This document shows positions 1 to 11,899 of a stretch of 64,000 nt of DNA, one piece after another. The stretch is taken from the NCBI GenBank assembly GCA_030704615.1, contig CM060732.1, positions 32,054,001 to 32,118,000 on the forward strand, written 5' to 3'. Position 1 is the stretch's first letter; the number at the start of each line of letters is the position of its first letter. The translations under genes were made by a program, and so were the position numbers. The notes under the pieces were generated by a model that was given only the letters and a program-made list of their open reading frames with translations, had not been told where the DNA came from and did no database searches. The stretch is from Takakia lepidozioides. Taxonomy: Eukaryota > Plantae > Bryophyta.

Positions 1-1082
1 CCTTAGCAGAAGTGGCATTAGCCGCCTTCAACACGTCTTTCAATGTCCCGCCAAACTGCGCCAACAACCCTTTCCAAAAAGCTGCCGGCATGGGAGGCAT
101 CTGTTGGTCTGTCGGAGCTCTCAGGGATTCCTCGGGCTCCGACTCCTCGGATTCCTCCCGCTCTTGAGCGGCCTCGTTTTCAGAAACCTGCGTCGCTTCC
201 TCAAACGGCCGCTTCGGTGACACGTCGCCCCCATCGGGCTCACCAGGATCATCATTTTTTGGGTCGTTCCGCTTTTGCTTTGGCTTGCCCGACCCCATGA
301 AGAGGCCAATCCCAAGGACGATCGCGTACTGAACTCTAGGCTCTGATACCAAGTGTCGCGCACCTCACTTCGGTAAGCTCCCCTTCAAGTCATAGTTACT
401 CGCTTTGATGCGCGCGCCTGACTCCCAATCTGGCCGCTGGGCCAACTTGGAGCTTCGGCTGCTCACCGGGGCATAACGGTCCCCCTTTGTTCTCCCAAAG
501 AACCCTCCACCGATTTGGAACCAGCGGGAATTCCCTTTGTAGTTGGCAGTCCGGAACAGCTCCCCACTCTTTGGTCGCTTTCCGGCTCGCTCGCTACTCA
601 CTAGTTTTTGGTCACCAACGGGCTTGCACCGTTCTCGGGGTTACTACTCCCTATATATACTTCTGTAGCTGTCTGCGGGGGTTTCACAACCAGCCATGCC
701 ATTTTATGGCGAACCACCACGAAAACCCTCGACTCCCGGTGATGAGTCGCGGTGAGTCTTGGCCCACTCACCACGGCCCCCTATGGACCGTGATGAGTCC
801 CAAGACTCCCCACGACTCCTACCACGAGGTCTCCGCCCCCATGTTGAGTCCTAAGCCACCCCCACTAAGTCCCGCTAAGCTACCACCACCCCTTGTGGAG
901 CCACCCCACCGCAACCCGGTGTGCGGGGCTCCACCTAGTGAGCACCTCCGCCTCCTTGGGTGCCTTGGGCACTCAAGGGTCCTTCAGCCCCCCATACCTA
1001 TCGCTGTCGCTGCACCCACCACAGGGGCAACCCCTCATGTGTCCCGACCCCCCCCCTGCCCTCAAGGCAAAGGGCCGCGACA
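1..1082 (-). mobile_element. 5' end of an LTR retrotransposon (LTR 354-1082, tRNA-iMet PBS 339-351, start of gag-like ORF running off the window)
   Basis: GGCTCTGATACCA at 339-351 is the reverse complement of the canonical PBS TGGTATCAGAGCC. Two nt away, a 729-bp segment is bounded by the perfect 7-bp inverted termini TGTCGCG (354-360) and CGCGACA (1076-1082). TATATATA lies at ~652. A minus-strand ATG at 298 begins a charged low-complexity frame. Confidence 0.85.
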
Positions 1083-4000
1083 GCTTGCCCCGAGTGGGAG
1101 GTTGAAGATTCCCTGTGTAGGTTGGTTTCCATGCCCGTCGTTCGTCCACCCTCATGAAGGACATCCTGAAGCTGGAGGCCGAGTTTGTTCATGGGTATTT
1201 GGATGGATCCGCAGTCTTTTAACGTTTCTACAAGGGATTCCAGAGGCAATGAGCTCCTTGTGGATGAGTCAATCGTGGACTTCTGGGATCCCATTTGGAG
1301 AGAGGTGAACGAATCCTTCGAACTTCTTCTCTCCAGGAAACCTTCCACCCAGGCATTCTTAGGGAAGATGTTTCACGTTTGGGATAGCAACCACCGGTTG
1401 CTTGCATGGATGGCTGTCATTGGGAGGCTGCACTCACAGGAGGAAGAGTGACATTACTCTGTTCGATCGATGGTGCTGGATTGTGACAGGAATATGATGG
1501 GTCTTCTGACGGCAATGAATGATGTGAACAGGTTGGTTTCTCATTCTACATGTTCCACTTGTGGTTCCGTGGTTCTTTGGTTCCAGTCCTCTGTTGACGG
1601 TCCTTGAATTTCATTCTGACTTTCAGACATCATTCTGCAGAGGGACGGAGACATCACATGTCAAAACGAGTCTGGTTCACACACTGTACATGAAACAAAG
1701 GATCGGGCAGATTCCCTTGACCAACTTCAAGACCATCCTTTCAGCAAAGACGTACAAGAAGTGCGAAAGCTCCAAGACATCAGAAACGTGGTACTCATTG
1801 ACCCGTGAGGCTTTCATGGAGTATATGTACGCGGTGAGATACATCTTCCATCATCTGGCCTTTCAATATTCCTGCTTCCACATGTTTGTTTCTGTTTGTT
1901 TCCCTTGCCCTTGGGTTGATGCAACTCTCATGCATTCCCTTGCAGCAAGACATTGCAGATGCAGGAGAGCGTGGCAAACTGGAATACTACAACTCTACCC
2001 CTGAGGAGAGAAGGACAACAAAGGGTGTTGAGAGTCACATCCAGAAAGATATGACCGCCACAAGAAGGACTATTATGAGTGCTTTCGTGAAACAACTGAG
2101 AATTGCAGACCCAACCATTGGACCAGAGTTCCTTCAAGAGGTGAAAAACCATTACAACAAGTCAGGCAAGCGGAGATGGCCCAGGAGAAGTTACACAGGT
2201 TGTCTACTGCCGTTGTGTCTTCAGAACAGAAGGTGAAGTGGCTACAGATATGGAACTCCGATCCCACTGTTAGGGATACCCACATGTTCCCCAGGCCGGA
2301 GAAAGAGAAGAAGACCCAGCGTGTCATTCCTGTCAGTGACAATGTGCTGGACACATGGCTTCACAAGGCCACTTACTGGAGCCAGGTATGATGTCCTTTG
2401 TTGTGTCACTTTCTTTTCGCTTTTTCTGTCATTCTCTTTCCATGTTACATTGGTTGTGATTGTTTTTGGGTTCATTCTTGCTTTTGTATTGGTCTGCAGT
2501 TGGAGGAAAGGGCCCGGTCGATTCTACATACGCAGCTGGCTGACTATGGGATCACCATGACAAAACCGAAGGTCTCCTTCCAAGCATACATGAGGAAATG
2601 GAGAGCCACAGTGTGGCACTCTTGTTTCTTCAGAGAGTTCAGCAAGGATACTGGCATCAGTCGAACAAATGAGCTTGACCAGCAAGAGAAAGGAGATGAA
2701 GCCTGGAAACGATACCTTTACAGGTGCGAAATGGACTGTGTTTCTTTGTTTTGCATAGACACACTCTCCTCCATCCAACCTATTTTTTGCTCGCTCATAT
2801 GAGTTTGTGGTGGAGTGTACTGTGCCGCATACTCTTTTAGGGGGTCTTCGTGATGGGGTGGAAAAGCTGGGAGACAATATTTGCATTGCATAATGAGGCT
2901 GTCTCTGTTCCTGCAGGTACATAAAGTATGTTCTCATGGTAGAGAACTGCTTGGACAAACATCCTGATTTCGTGGACCTTTGGCTTGTCCCTGTTGGCAA
3001 CCAGACCATGTTTACTACGGGGATCTTGCATGATTGGGGCCCAGACCATCTTTCTGCTTGTGGTTGGTATTTGGATTGCCCTGCTTCAGAGACCCCAGCT
3101 CAGGAGGTGTCTTTGAGGAGAGAGAATGAGCGTATAGCAGCTAGCGCCGCAGCAGCCGACCTCGACATTCATGATAGAAATTTGAGGACTCTTGCAGAGA
3201 AGGAGCCTCCCGCTTAGGATACACCGGGCAAAGGTAGAAAGACAAAGGGAAAAGATGTTGCTGGTGGTGTGGGGAAAGGAAGGGGTAGGGGGAAGGGGGC
3301 ACAAGGGTAGGTAGGTGGGCAGGGAAGTGTTGCAGATACTGGCCCTCTGGTGGATGTCCAGCAGACTCCACCGCATGGTAGGGGATCCGGGAGAAAGAAC
3401 AAGGGGGTGGTTGATCCCAAGGACCCGTACCATGCAGTGGAGCATCCCACGAGGGTCATTTGCCCTACCAGGTTGGAGATGGCCAACGTCGGGTTCATTG
3501 CCATGATGGAGTCCAAGAAATCTGATTACAAGGGCGAACCATCACCAGTGTGGGAGAGGATTGTGGAGTTCATCAGCACGATGCGTGTTGTCTTTTGCTT
3601 CTTGTCTATTGTGGGCATGGATCGTTTCAATCCTCTTGAGCATTCCATTGCATGCTTGTTTGCAGGCTAAAATGACCAAATCTTGGGTCAATGGGAAGGA
3701 GAAGCCATATGCAGCCGAACTCATCATCTAGGACATCCCTGATGGGTTGCCAGTCCCGGATGTCCCTCCATCGGGTGCTTTCCAGGTTGGAATGCTTTTG
3801 ATGAGCGCTACTGGCGGTGGATTTTCTCCTTTTGCAATTCTTTCTGTCCGATGCAGGTGTTTTGGTGCTCATCCAGTCCATCGACCTTCGCTGTCGCCGT
3901 GCACTTGCCAGCTATTTGAAAGCCTCCGGTACGAGGGTCGTGAAGACATGGAATTGTGTTAACAGCGTGTACCTGACGAAGGGGGATCGTCCCGGAGAGA

Positions 4001-4740
4001 TGGTAAATTTGCCTTCTTATTCTTCTTCTTGGTGGTTCTCGGATGGAGTTGCATAAGTCGCTCAAATGAATATGTAGGGGCCTGGTTTTCAAGCTTCTTA
4101 GTTCCTTGTGTATGTCCTGTTTGCAGACTCGTTTGTTTGAAGCTGTTTGTCTCGTCCGAGTGCATCCACCTACGACTCCAGCCGTCATTAGGGAGTTCGC
4201 CATCACTCATGGGGGCAAGTTCATAGACGAGAGGACAGATCCTCCACGGATGACATGCACCACAACTACGTGGACAACAACGTGTGCTTGCGAAGGGGGA
4301 ATGGGGTTCCTTGGAGAGGGGCCAGGGAGAGGAGCCCGGCTTTCATTCAGACGATCGTGGAGTGCTGCACCTACACAGACGCCAGAGTTCTGGATTTGTC
4401 AATGGGCACAGGTTCGTCTCTTCAACATTCACATTTCATGAGGTTTGTTTGAGCTTGCACTTTCAGCTCTTCCCACCATTCCAAATGTGTCTTCAATGTC
4501 TGTTTCCTTCATTGTATTCCACTGCAGGTGCCTCGTACCACGTTTGCAAGGCCAGTGCGCGACATCTCTTTGGGATTGAAGGGGATGCCGAGATTTAGAA
4601 GAACCTCCTGATGGGTTTGGGTGGATACACTTCTCAAGTCCTTCCGAAGCCCCTACCCGCTGATATTGATTGAGGCTCCTGGACTCTAACCAGAGGAGCC
4701 TCAACGGGAAACGGATCAGGAAAGTGCAAAGGTAGTAGAG
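1083..4740 (+). pseudogene. Multi-exon ParB-like + beta-class N4-cytosine/N6-adenine DNA methyltransferase-like gene, frameshifted; 5' part cut by the LTR insertion
   Basis: FHVWDSNHRLLAW (~1370-1410) resembles the ParB/Srx DGxHR motif. ELII*DIPDG (3717-3746) resembles motif IV, followed across frameshifts by WNAFDERYWRWIF..FLSDAGVLVLI. Splicing GT-AG 4412-4527 gives ERSPAFIQTIVECCTYTDARVLDLSMGTGASYHVCKASARHLFGIEGDAEI (motifs X-I-II). Several other GT-AG introns are apparent. Confidence 0.7.
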
Positions 4741-5019
4741 TCGTCGTTTTAACTTCATGGGGTTGTGCATGTCCCTTGTGGAGACGCTGGCAGAATTGAA
4801 ACTTAACACACAAGCTAGGTTCAAGCGGGTACGTGCCTGTGAGCAGTGCTGCGGGGCCCTTATGCCGAGTTATTCACGCTGGTGGTGTTCCTACTAGTAG
4901 GGAGTTATTCTAGCTAACTTCGAGCTATAATGCCTCAGTCCCGTCATGCTCATTATGTCTATCATAGTGCACCGTGGCCTTACGTTGTCACATGAAGACA
5001 AATCTAGTTGTGAACCCTG

Positions 5020-5266
5020 GACCTCGCAAAGTTCTCACACCCTACCAGGAGTGGAACAAAGAAAGTGCTCGAGAGATCCCCATTGAGAAATTGAAGGTTA
5101 TCGGTTCCCTGGACAACTGGGCGCAAGAGAATTTGCTACCCCTTTTGAAGCCTGTAGACAAGTGCTGGCAACCCCAGGACTTCCTTCCTGAAGCTTCATC
5201 GGAAAGTTTCTTTGATGAGGTAACGGAGCTCCAAGCCTGGGCCAGGGAACTGCCTGATGACTATGT
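5020..5266 (+). pseudogene. SAD: Stearoyl-ACP (acyl-ACP) desaturase N-terminal fragment
   Basis: IPIEKLKVIGSLDNWAQENLLPLLKPVDKCWQPQDFLPEASSESFFDEVTELQAWARELPDDY matches the conserved plant SAD/FAB2 N-terminal block and stops before the LVGDMITEEALPTY di-iron helix. Confidence 0.9.
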
Positions 5267-6024
5267 GATGTGGCGTTACAGAGAGCCCAGATACTGGGCC
5301 CACTTTGGTACCCTTGGGTAATTGATAAGGTGATAGGAGCTGACCTTCTCGCCCATCATGTCTTGTAGCAGGGAAGAAGGGCTGAAGGAACTCGTCATGC
5401 TCTAATTGGCCAATGCTCCAAGTGTGTGGAAATCAGACCAGTTGTAGATCACACAGATTACTCAACTGCACGATTTTGGGAGGAACAAATGACCTACAGA
5501 TACGGCACACAAAAGGTCACATCAACAGATCAAGGCTGAGAGTGGATTAAGTGTGAGTTTCGGAGATATATGAGCGATTCAGGAGGAGGAAACAAGAGCA
5601 GTCGGCCCTATACTGGTCACAGAGCAACGGACGGATTGGATGCGTGATCAATCATTGAAGTCAAGCATCAAAGTAATCAGTGGAAGAAAGGGTGGAGAGT
5701 GTAACACAGACCTCAAGACATGGTCTGGCAGTCGAGTTGAAGTGCAGGCTGCCCGTAATCTCCCTCCATGCGAGCTGGAACTTACGGGAAACGACCTGAG
5801 AGTCAGCAATGATAAGTATGTGGGACAGACACCTGAACAAATGCAGCTGAGGGATGACGAAGCGGCAATGCGGTCCATCATGGAGGAGAAGCCGATCGGA
5901 GTTCAACAAATCGAGCTGCTCCGTGGTAATGGCGAGGCGACCCCAAAACAACAGAGAACTACATGAACATGTTCGGAACCTGTAGATAACCTGGGAACAG
6001 TTTTTAATGGTGAGAACGTTTTGG

Positions 6025-6068
<44 letters not shown>

Positions 6069-6322
6069 TTTTTTATCTAATTCAAATGATTTAGAGCTTG
6101 GTTGGTCATATCTTTGTCAAATGAACTCCGTTTGACTCAGTTTTTGGGGGGATAGCTGCAGAAAGGGGAAATCTACCTACTAGACCTGGTTTTTGTTTTT
6201 GGGACTCTGCTAAAAATCTATGGGATTTTTAGAGTGTGAGTGTGCCATGAAAGATCCACAATCCTGTTTCTAGAACCTATTCTGGTCTACATGAGAGATA
6301 AATATGGGGATGTACTCCTTGT

Positions 6323-7071
6323 ATGGCTGGGGGAAATGAGGACGTGATTGAAGGGCAGGTCTCTTCTCTTAGCCTGTGCACCAAATGGGACAAGATTTAT
6401 GTTTCCCAAGGAACTCAGACTGATTTGAGTGGAGAACAGTTGGACGAGTTGATTGCATACTGGGAGTCAGGCATTAGCAGTGGACAACAAACTGTTGTAG
6501 TTGGCGTTGAGGGCCTCAATATCGCCTTGGACAGTCAGAACTCTGTTGGAGCCAGCAGTTCTGCAGCTGTAGGTGAAATACCAAAGTGGGTGAAAGCTAG
6601 GCTTGGAACACAGCCAAAGACAGCCCTGGGGACCAAGGTGTTCAGCCACAAGGCCATGGTGTATTGGAGTAGTTAGCAGGAGCTGCACAAGTTTGTGCAA
6701 TTAGACAGTGTTGCAGCCGGACACGCTCTGCACAAGGCAACCATGAGCGGGGGTTCATTAGCAATGACATGTTTGTTGTGCGTGAAGGAGATGCAGTCAT
6801 TCGCAATGAGGACACCCGCAACCGTCTCAAAGCTTTCGAGTTGAGAGACTATCAGACCCTACCTTTGTTTTCTTTAGTGTTCAGTGAGCGGGAGATAGCA
6901 GAGTGTTGCTTTGTCTCTACCTGGCAGAAAGAGGAGGAGGGTTGGTTAGAGCGAGCTACTGTAGCTTGGGACAAGGTTAGTGGCAGGTTTCTGGACATAG
7001 ATATACCTCCTACACCTTACCATCAAGCAGAGCGAGGCACGTTGAGAGAAGTCTGGAAGTTGATAGCATAG
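6323..7071 (+). pseudogene. Extra ORF of unknown function upstream of gag (two pieces joined by frameshift/stop)
   Basis: ORFs 6323-6676 and 6769-7071 are collinear, protein-like and on the same strand as gag. No recognised motif. Confidence 0.35.
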
Positions 7072-7589
7072 ATCAGGATTAGATCTTGCTTGGGCGGGCT
7101 TTTATTCTTCCCTTCCATCTCTGTACTATTTTCATTACCTTGTACTTGTAGTTGCCAAAGCCTCTCTTGGTGGAGGCCAGTCAGTCCGGGGTTTTGGGCT
7201 GGGACATTCTGCAGGATCAGCGTTGCTGCTGGATTTTGGTGTGGGGGTGTTGATGTTTTGATTTCTTGTGTTTGGATCCCCCCCAACACCTGCATGCTTG
7301 ACTGTGCGCCATGTTGTTTTGTGTGGGCGCTTGCTTTCATAGGGATTAGGCCGGATTTGATCACCGGTCAATCCTAGAGTATGCTGTCGGTGGTGAGGCT
7401 GGAGTGATGACCAGCAAGACCACCAATGTTTCTTCTATGGTGAGGCTGGGTTGATGACCAGCCAACCATAGGAGTTCTTGCGGTGGATGCAGGTGCAGGT
7501 GCCCTGAGCCATTGGGATATGACCCTTAAACTGCAACAGGTGCCCACCCATGTCACTATTAGATTAGTACTAGAGCCTTATAGTGTTAC

Positions 7590-8986
7590 GTGGAAGAGGT
7601 GCACATTGTGAGTGTCATTACGGAGTTACCCAAGGGTTTTGAGGGGAGTACGGCTACAGGCAGTAACAGTGACAGTGGGTTCACAAGACGAGGTATTCGG
7701 TTCAGACCACCTTCACCGCCACCCTCAATTATTGTAGAGTCAGACACAGACTCGGAGGCTTCATCAACAGGTGTGCACTTTCATTTGCCATTGTTGTGGG
7801 ACGACATGGAAGAGATATATGGAGCTACCAAGGGCCTCGTAGGTACTCTGGAGCTGTGGGCACAATTGAGTTGGATGACTTTATCCAGGAGTTCGACAGC
7901 TGGTGTGATTTGCAGCAGATGCGCAATCCACAGCTATTCACCCCATTCATGGCGTGGAAGGGACTGTTCCAGCATTTGGAAGGCCCGCCTATGGACGATT
8001 ACCACGAGTTCAGGCGAGGACATGAAGCAGAGATTGAGGAGTGGATGATGTATTGGTCACCTGACTACGTCTCCATTACTCGAGGCACGACGCAACCAGT
8101 AGCTGCATCAGTACCAATAGCTCCCACTGCCAGCACTAGTAGTGGAGCAAGTAGTGCTGGTACTTCTCCAGGTGGTACCAGTTCAAAAGGTGCTACTACT
8201 CCTCCTGCCACGACTACAACACATGTGCCTAGATTCAACCCGGTGGTGGAGTTCTTCCAGGAGTTGTGGAGGAACTACCAAGGTGTACGGACAGAGAAGC
8301 TGCGAAGTTTGCAAGACTTCCAGCGCAAACCCAGTGAGAGCCTGCGAGAGGCGTACACTCGTATGAGGCGCTTGATAAGTGTGACCCAAGGGGTTACTGA
8401 AGCTCAGGCAATCCAGTTTTGGTATGGAATTCTGGACAAGGAGCTCAAGAGAAGGGTGCGAGATGCAACCCTGTTACAAGCAGCCCAACCCACATTAGCA
8501 GATGTGTTTCTGCTGGCTGAGCGGATTGAGCTCAACATGGTGGAGGAGCGAGTTGTTACAATTGGATTTGGCAAGGACATGCCTGCACGGGGCACAGCTA
8601 TCAGCCCACAGACACAAGGGACTATCCAACAGCGTGGTCAGGGGGGCAAGGTTGCCCAATCCAAGTTCCATGGAGCTTACAGGGGACCTCAGATGCAGAG
8701 GCCCGTGGCATCTTTTGCAGGCCAACAGCAACCAGGGGTGATATGTTGGACATGTGGAGGACCCCATGTCAAGAGAGATTGCCCAGAGAGTGGCAAAAGG
8801 CCGGCACAAGCACAGCTTGCACAGTTGCAATGTGGGCATTGTGGCAAGTATGGGCATGGAGATGCCCAGTGTTATGACTTGCATCCTGAGTTGCGCCCAG
8901 GCCAGTTCCAAGGGAACAATGGTGGCCGGGGGCGAGGTGGACCAGCCCAAAGAGGACGAGGTGGTCGGGCACGAGGTGCAGGCTAA
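7590..8986 (+). CDS. gag: Gag with retrotransposon capsid region and two CCHC zinc knuckles (frameshift near 7800-7860)
   Basis: ELDDFIQEFDSWC; FQRKPSESLREAYTRMRRL (major homology-like region); CWTCGGPHVKRDC and CGHCGKYGHGDAQC; RGG-rich tail. Confidence 0.9.
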
Positions 8987-9739
8987 GGGCAAGCTCCACA
9001 TGGCCAAGGACGCGGAGGTCAGGGTGTTGACCAAGGCATGGCCAATCGGCTTCAGCAGCTAGAGCAGAGGCTCGCTGCCATAGCTATAGCTCAGGCGGTA
9101 CCGGCTCCCAGGCGGGATGGTCCACCTCCTGCTCCTGCTCCTGAGGGAGGAGATATGGGAGGCATGGGATTCATGTGCGGAGCAGCACTACCACTAGAGC
9201 AGGTGGAGTCTGCTGCAGCCGTGACTCGAGGAGTAGCACGAGTTCCTGAGCCACGAGGTGCAGAGGTGGAGTTGGATCCACAACGTGGGAAGGCAAGCCG
9301 TCAGGCAAGGCTGCCTCAGTCGTTCACCTTGGCGGAGACAGTGTCAACGCTATCCATGGCACCTAGTTCTCGCCCGACTGTTACCGAGGCGGACATTACT
9401 ATGCCATTGGGGAGAGCTACACGTGCAGCACTGACACCTGCCACCAAGGCTAGTGCAGCCGGTGTGTTGTTGGGGGCAGCCACCTCTGTGTGTCAAGCCC
9501 CACTGTTCTCGGCAACCATGATTGCGACGCCGGGAGTGAGACCAGCTGCAGTGTTCAGACTAGCGGCAACACTCTGTGAGAGTGGGGAGGTCACTTCATC
9601 TTCTGCGGAGTTAGTGGAAGGTGTAGTGGCAGAGGGATCCTTGGATTTGAGGGTCAAGACTGCCACGGCAGCGCCCTGGCAAGCTGCAGCTGCCAGATTG
9701 ACGGAGCTGCCAGCTAGGCCAACCTTTGAGCGCGCCACG

Positions 9740-10200
9740 GTGACACCTGGAGTTGTCTTGTTAGACAACCAGGGAGGCATTTTCACTTTGAGTGGACTGG
9801 TAGGCAAGAAGTACCAGCCACTGCGGGTCTTGTTGAACTCGGGAGCCCAGCCACTGATGTTGGGCAGAGAGCTGCTATTGCAGGTTTGGGCCTCATGGAG
9901 GCGGATATAGAGCCTTGTCCTTTCCAGATACAGACATCTCTGGGAGGATCAGAGCAGGCTCGGGGCATGACACGGCATCAGTTGGCTATTAGACTGCAGC
10001 CGGATCATCCTGTAGATGGCTCAGTGATGCGAGCCAAGGCCATTGTGACAGACACGGTCTCTTACGATGTCCTCGTTGGTGGGGCAGTGTTATACCCCAT
10101 GGGCTTCACCCTGGACTTCTGGAGGGAGGAGTCAGCATTCTACAGGCCTGGATGGCAGTCAGGGGATGGTCGCCGTACACAGCTCCCTGTGACATTCATT
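9740..10200 (+). pseudogene. Retropepsin-like aspartic protease of pol (catalytic D appears as N; frameshifted)
   Basis: RVLLNSGAQPLMLG (AAC at 9836 where DSGA is expected) and downstream YDVLVGGAVL (ILG-like motif). Confidence 0.8.
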
Positions 10201-10549
10201 GGGGTATTGCAGCTGCCCAGCGGGGCAAGATACCAACACTAGCTGCCTTCACAGCTGCAGTTAGTTGGCCTGGAGAGTTGCTTGGAAGGCAATGCCATGC
10301 AGAGGAGGATGTGCCACCTCCAGCAGAGCAGGATTCATGCATGGTATGGTGGAGTTGCCTGCCATGGTTGCTCACACTCCATTGTGGGGTACGAGCAAGG
10401 ATTTGCAGCAAGCTGCTGATAGACGGGTGCAACAAGCTTGGATAGAAGCTTTTGTACCGTCAGGAGAGGAGGAGAGTGCGGTGATTGCACCAGGGAAACC
10501 TCAGTTGTCGCCATTGGACACCACACCTCTTGTGTGGCAGCGGCCGGAT

Positions 10550-11500
10550 GAAGGCATATGCCTTCTGGACTTATTTGGCGGGATCAGCACTGGATTGGCT
10601 TGCAGTGCTGCAGGCAGGTGTACGAGTTCAACGTTACCTGTATGTGGAGAGGGATGAGACTGCACGACGCGTCTCACTGCGCCATGTTGCTCAGATGGTG
10701 CAGCAGTACCTTGAGTTGTTGCCGGTGTCTGCAGGTCGTGGATACAGCAGGCCTTGCCAGCAGACATTGCGTTGCTGGGGGGCAGGATTTGGAGCGGGTT
10801 GGCTCCATGATCTGGTAGTGGCAGGTTGGCCCTGCCAAGGGCATTCATCAGCCGGGCATGGCAATGGATTGCGAGACTCGAGGACGGGTCTGTTTTGGGA
10901 GATGGTGCGGATTTTGCGCCACTTGCAGCTTCATCAAGCTGTATCTCCGGCATACATCTTGGAGAATGTGCCACTGATGGGTGATTCTCGGGCCAGGGTG
11001 ATGGCCAGTGTGCATCAAGTCCGGTCGTGGCTTGGGTCAGCAGTGTTGCTGGATGCAGCTGCAGTGGGGTCACGGGCTCATCGTCCACGACTATGGTGGA
11101 CTAACTTGATGCCACCCGCACTGCTCAAGCGTGCATTTGATGGGGTGCAGCGGCCAACACACCTCACGTGGATGGCATTTTGGACACAGGAAGGCAGTCT
11201 CAACGTGTGAGACACAATGACCGTTCGCCTTTGGCAGTGGTCAACAGGGTGGGTCAACCATGAGCAGCATTACCTACACTGCTCAGCTTCCCAGGATCCA
11301 TGCTTTTCGGGATGGTGGACCTGGCCTCCTGTGGGATGCTCAGTTGCAACAGTTAGTGGAGCCTAATGCCGACGAGCGAGAGCGGCTATGGGGTTTTCCA
11401 CTGGGACCACGGCGGGTGCCTTCTCTTTCTGAGGCATCACGTCGCAGGTGTTGGGGCAAGCAATGGATCTCAATTGCTTGACTGGATTATCAGCTTGGCT
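10550..11500 (+). pseudogene. DNMT3-like C5-cytosine DNA methyltransferase domain inside pol
   Basis: Motif I LLDLFGGISTG (10561); II YLYVERD; IV DLVVAGWPCQGHS (PCQ 10830-10838); GLFWEMVRIL; VI YILENVP (ENV 10962-10970); VIII SRAHRPRLWWTNL; IX ERERLWGFP; X LGQAMDLN. Broken by several small frameshifts. Confidence 0.92.
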
Positions 11501-11899
11501 ATGGCTGAGCAACGTAGAGTGCGGAGCGCACTTCCCTGGACGGTCTCTCTGCCTACCGAGACGGTACAGGCAGCGAGTGGGGGCGAGCCGGTGAGGACCA
11601 CGGGGTTGTAGACATCCATGGCACATGTGGGAGGTGCTCGAGGTTCAGAGGGAGTTGGCAGCCAAAACAGCTGTGATGGATGAGGTTGGGGATTCTTCTC
11701 GGGATGAGGAGGTTCTCAATGATGAGATGATGGGGCAGGATGAGGCCTTGTCATTGACTGAGCAGGAAGGAAGTACTGCTCAAGAGGTTGCCAGCATAGC
11801 AACCACGGGACGCGTCCTCTACCTCTAAGCCACTGGACTTAAGGTTGCAGTACGGAGGACAATTGGGAGCCTGACATTGGACCCATTGTCACCGGAGGA

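Noticed and set aside
487-1308. 273-aa proline-rich ORF
   Set aside because: It spans the LTR and its junction with the interrupted gene; low complexity, no motif.
354-1488. Longer LTR ending at GTGACA (1488)
   Set aside because: The ParB-like reading frame runs through 1083-1530, and 1076-1082 gives a perfect inverted terminus.
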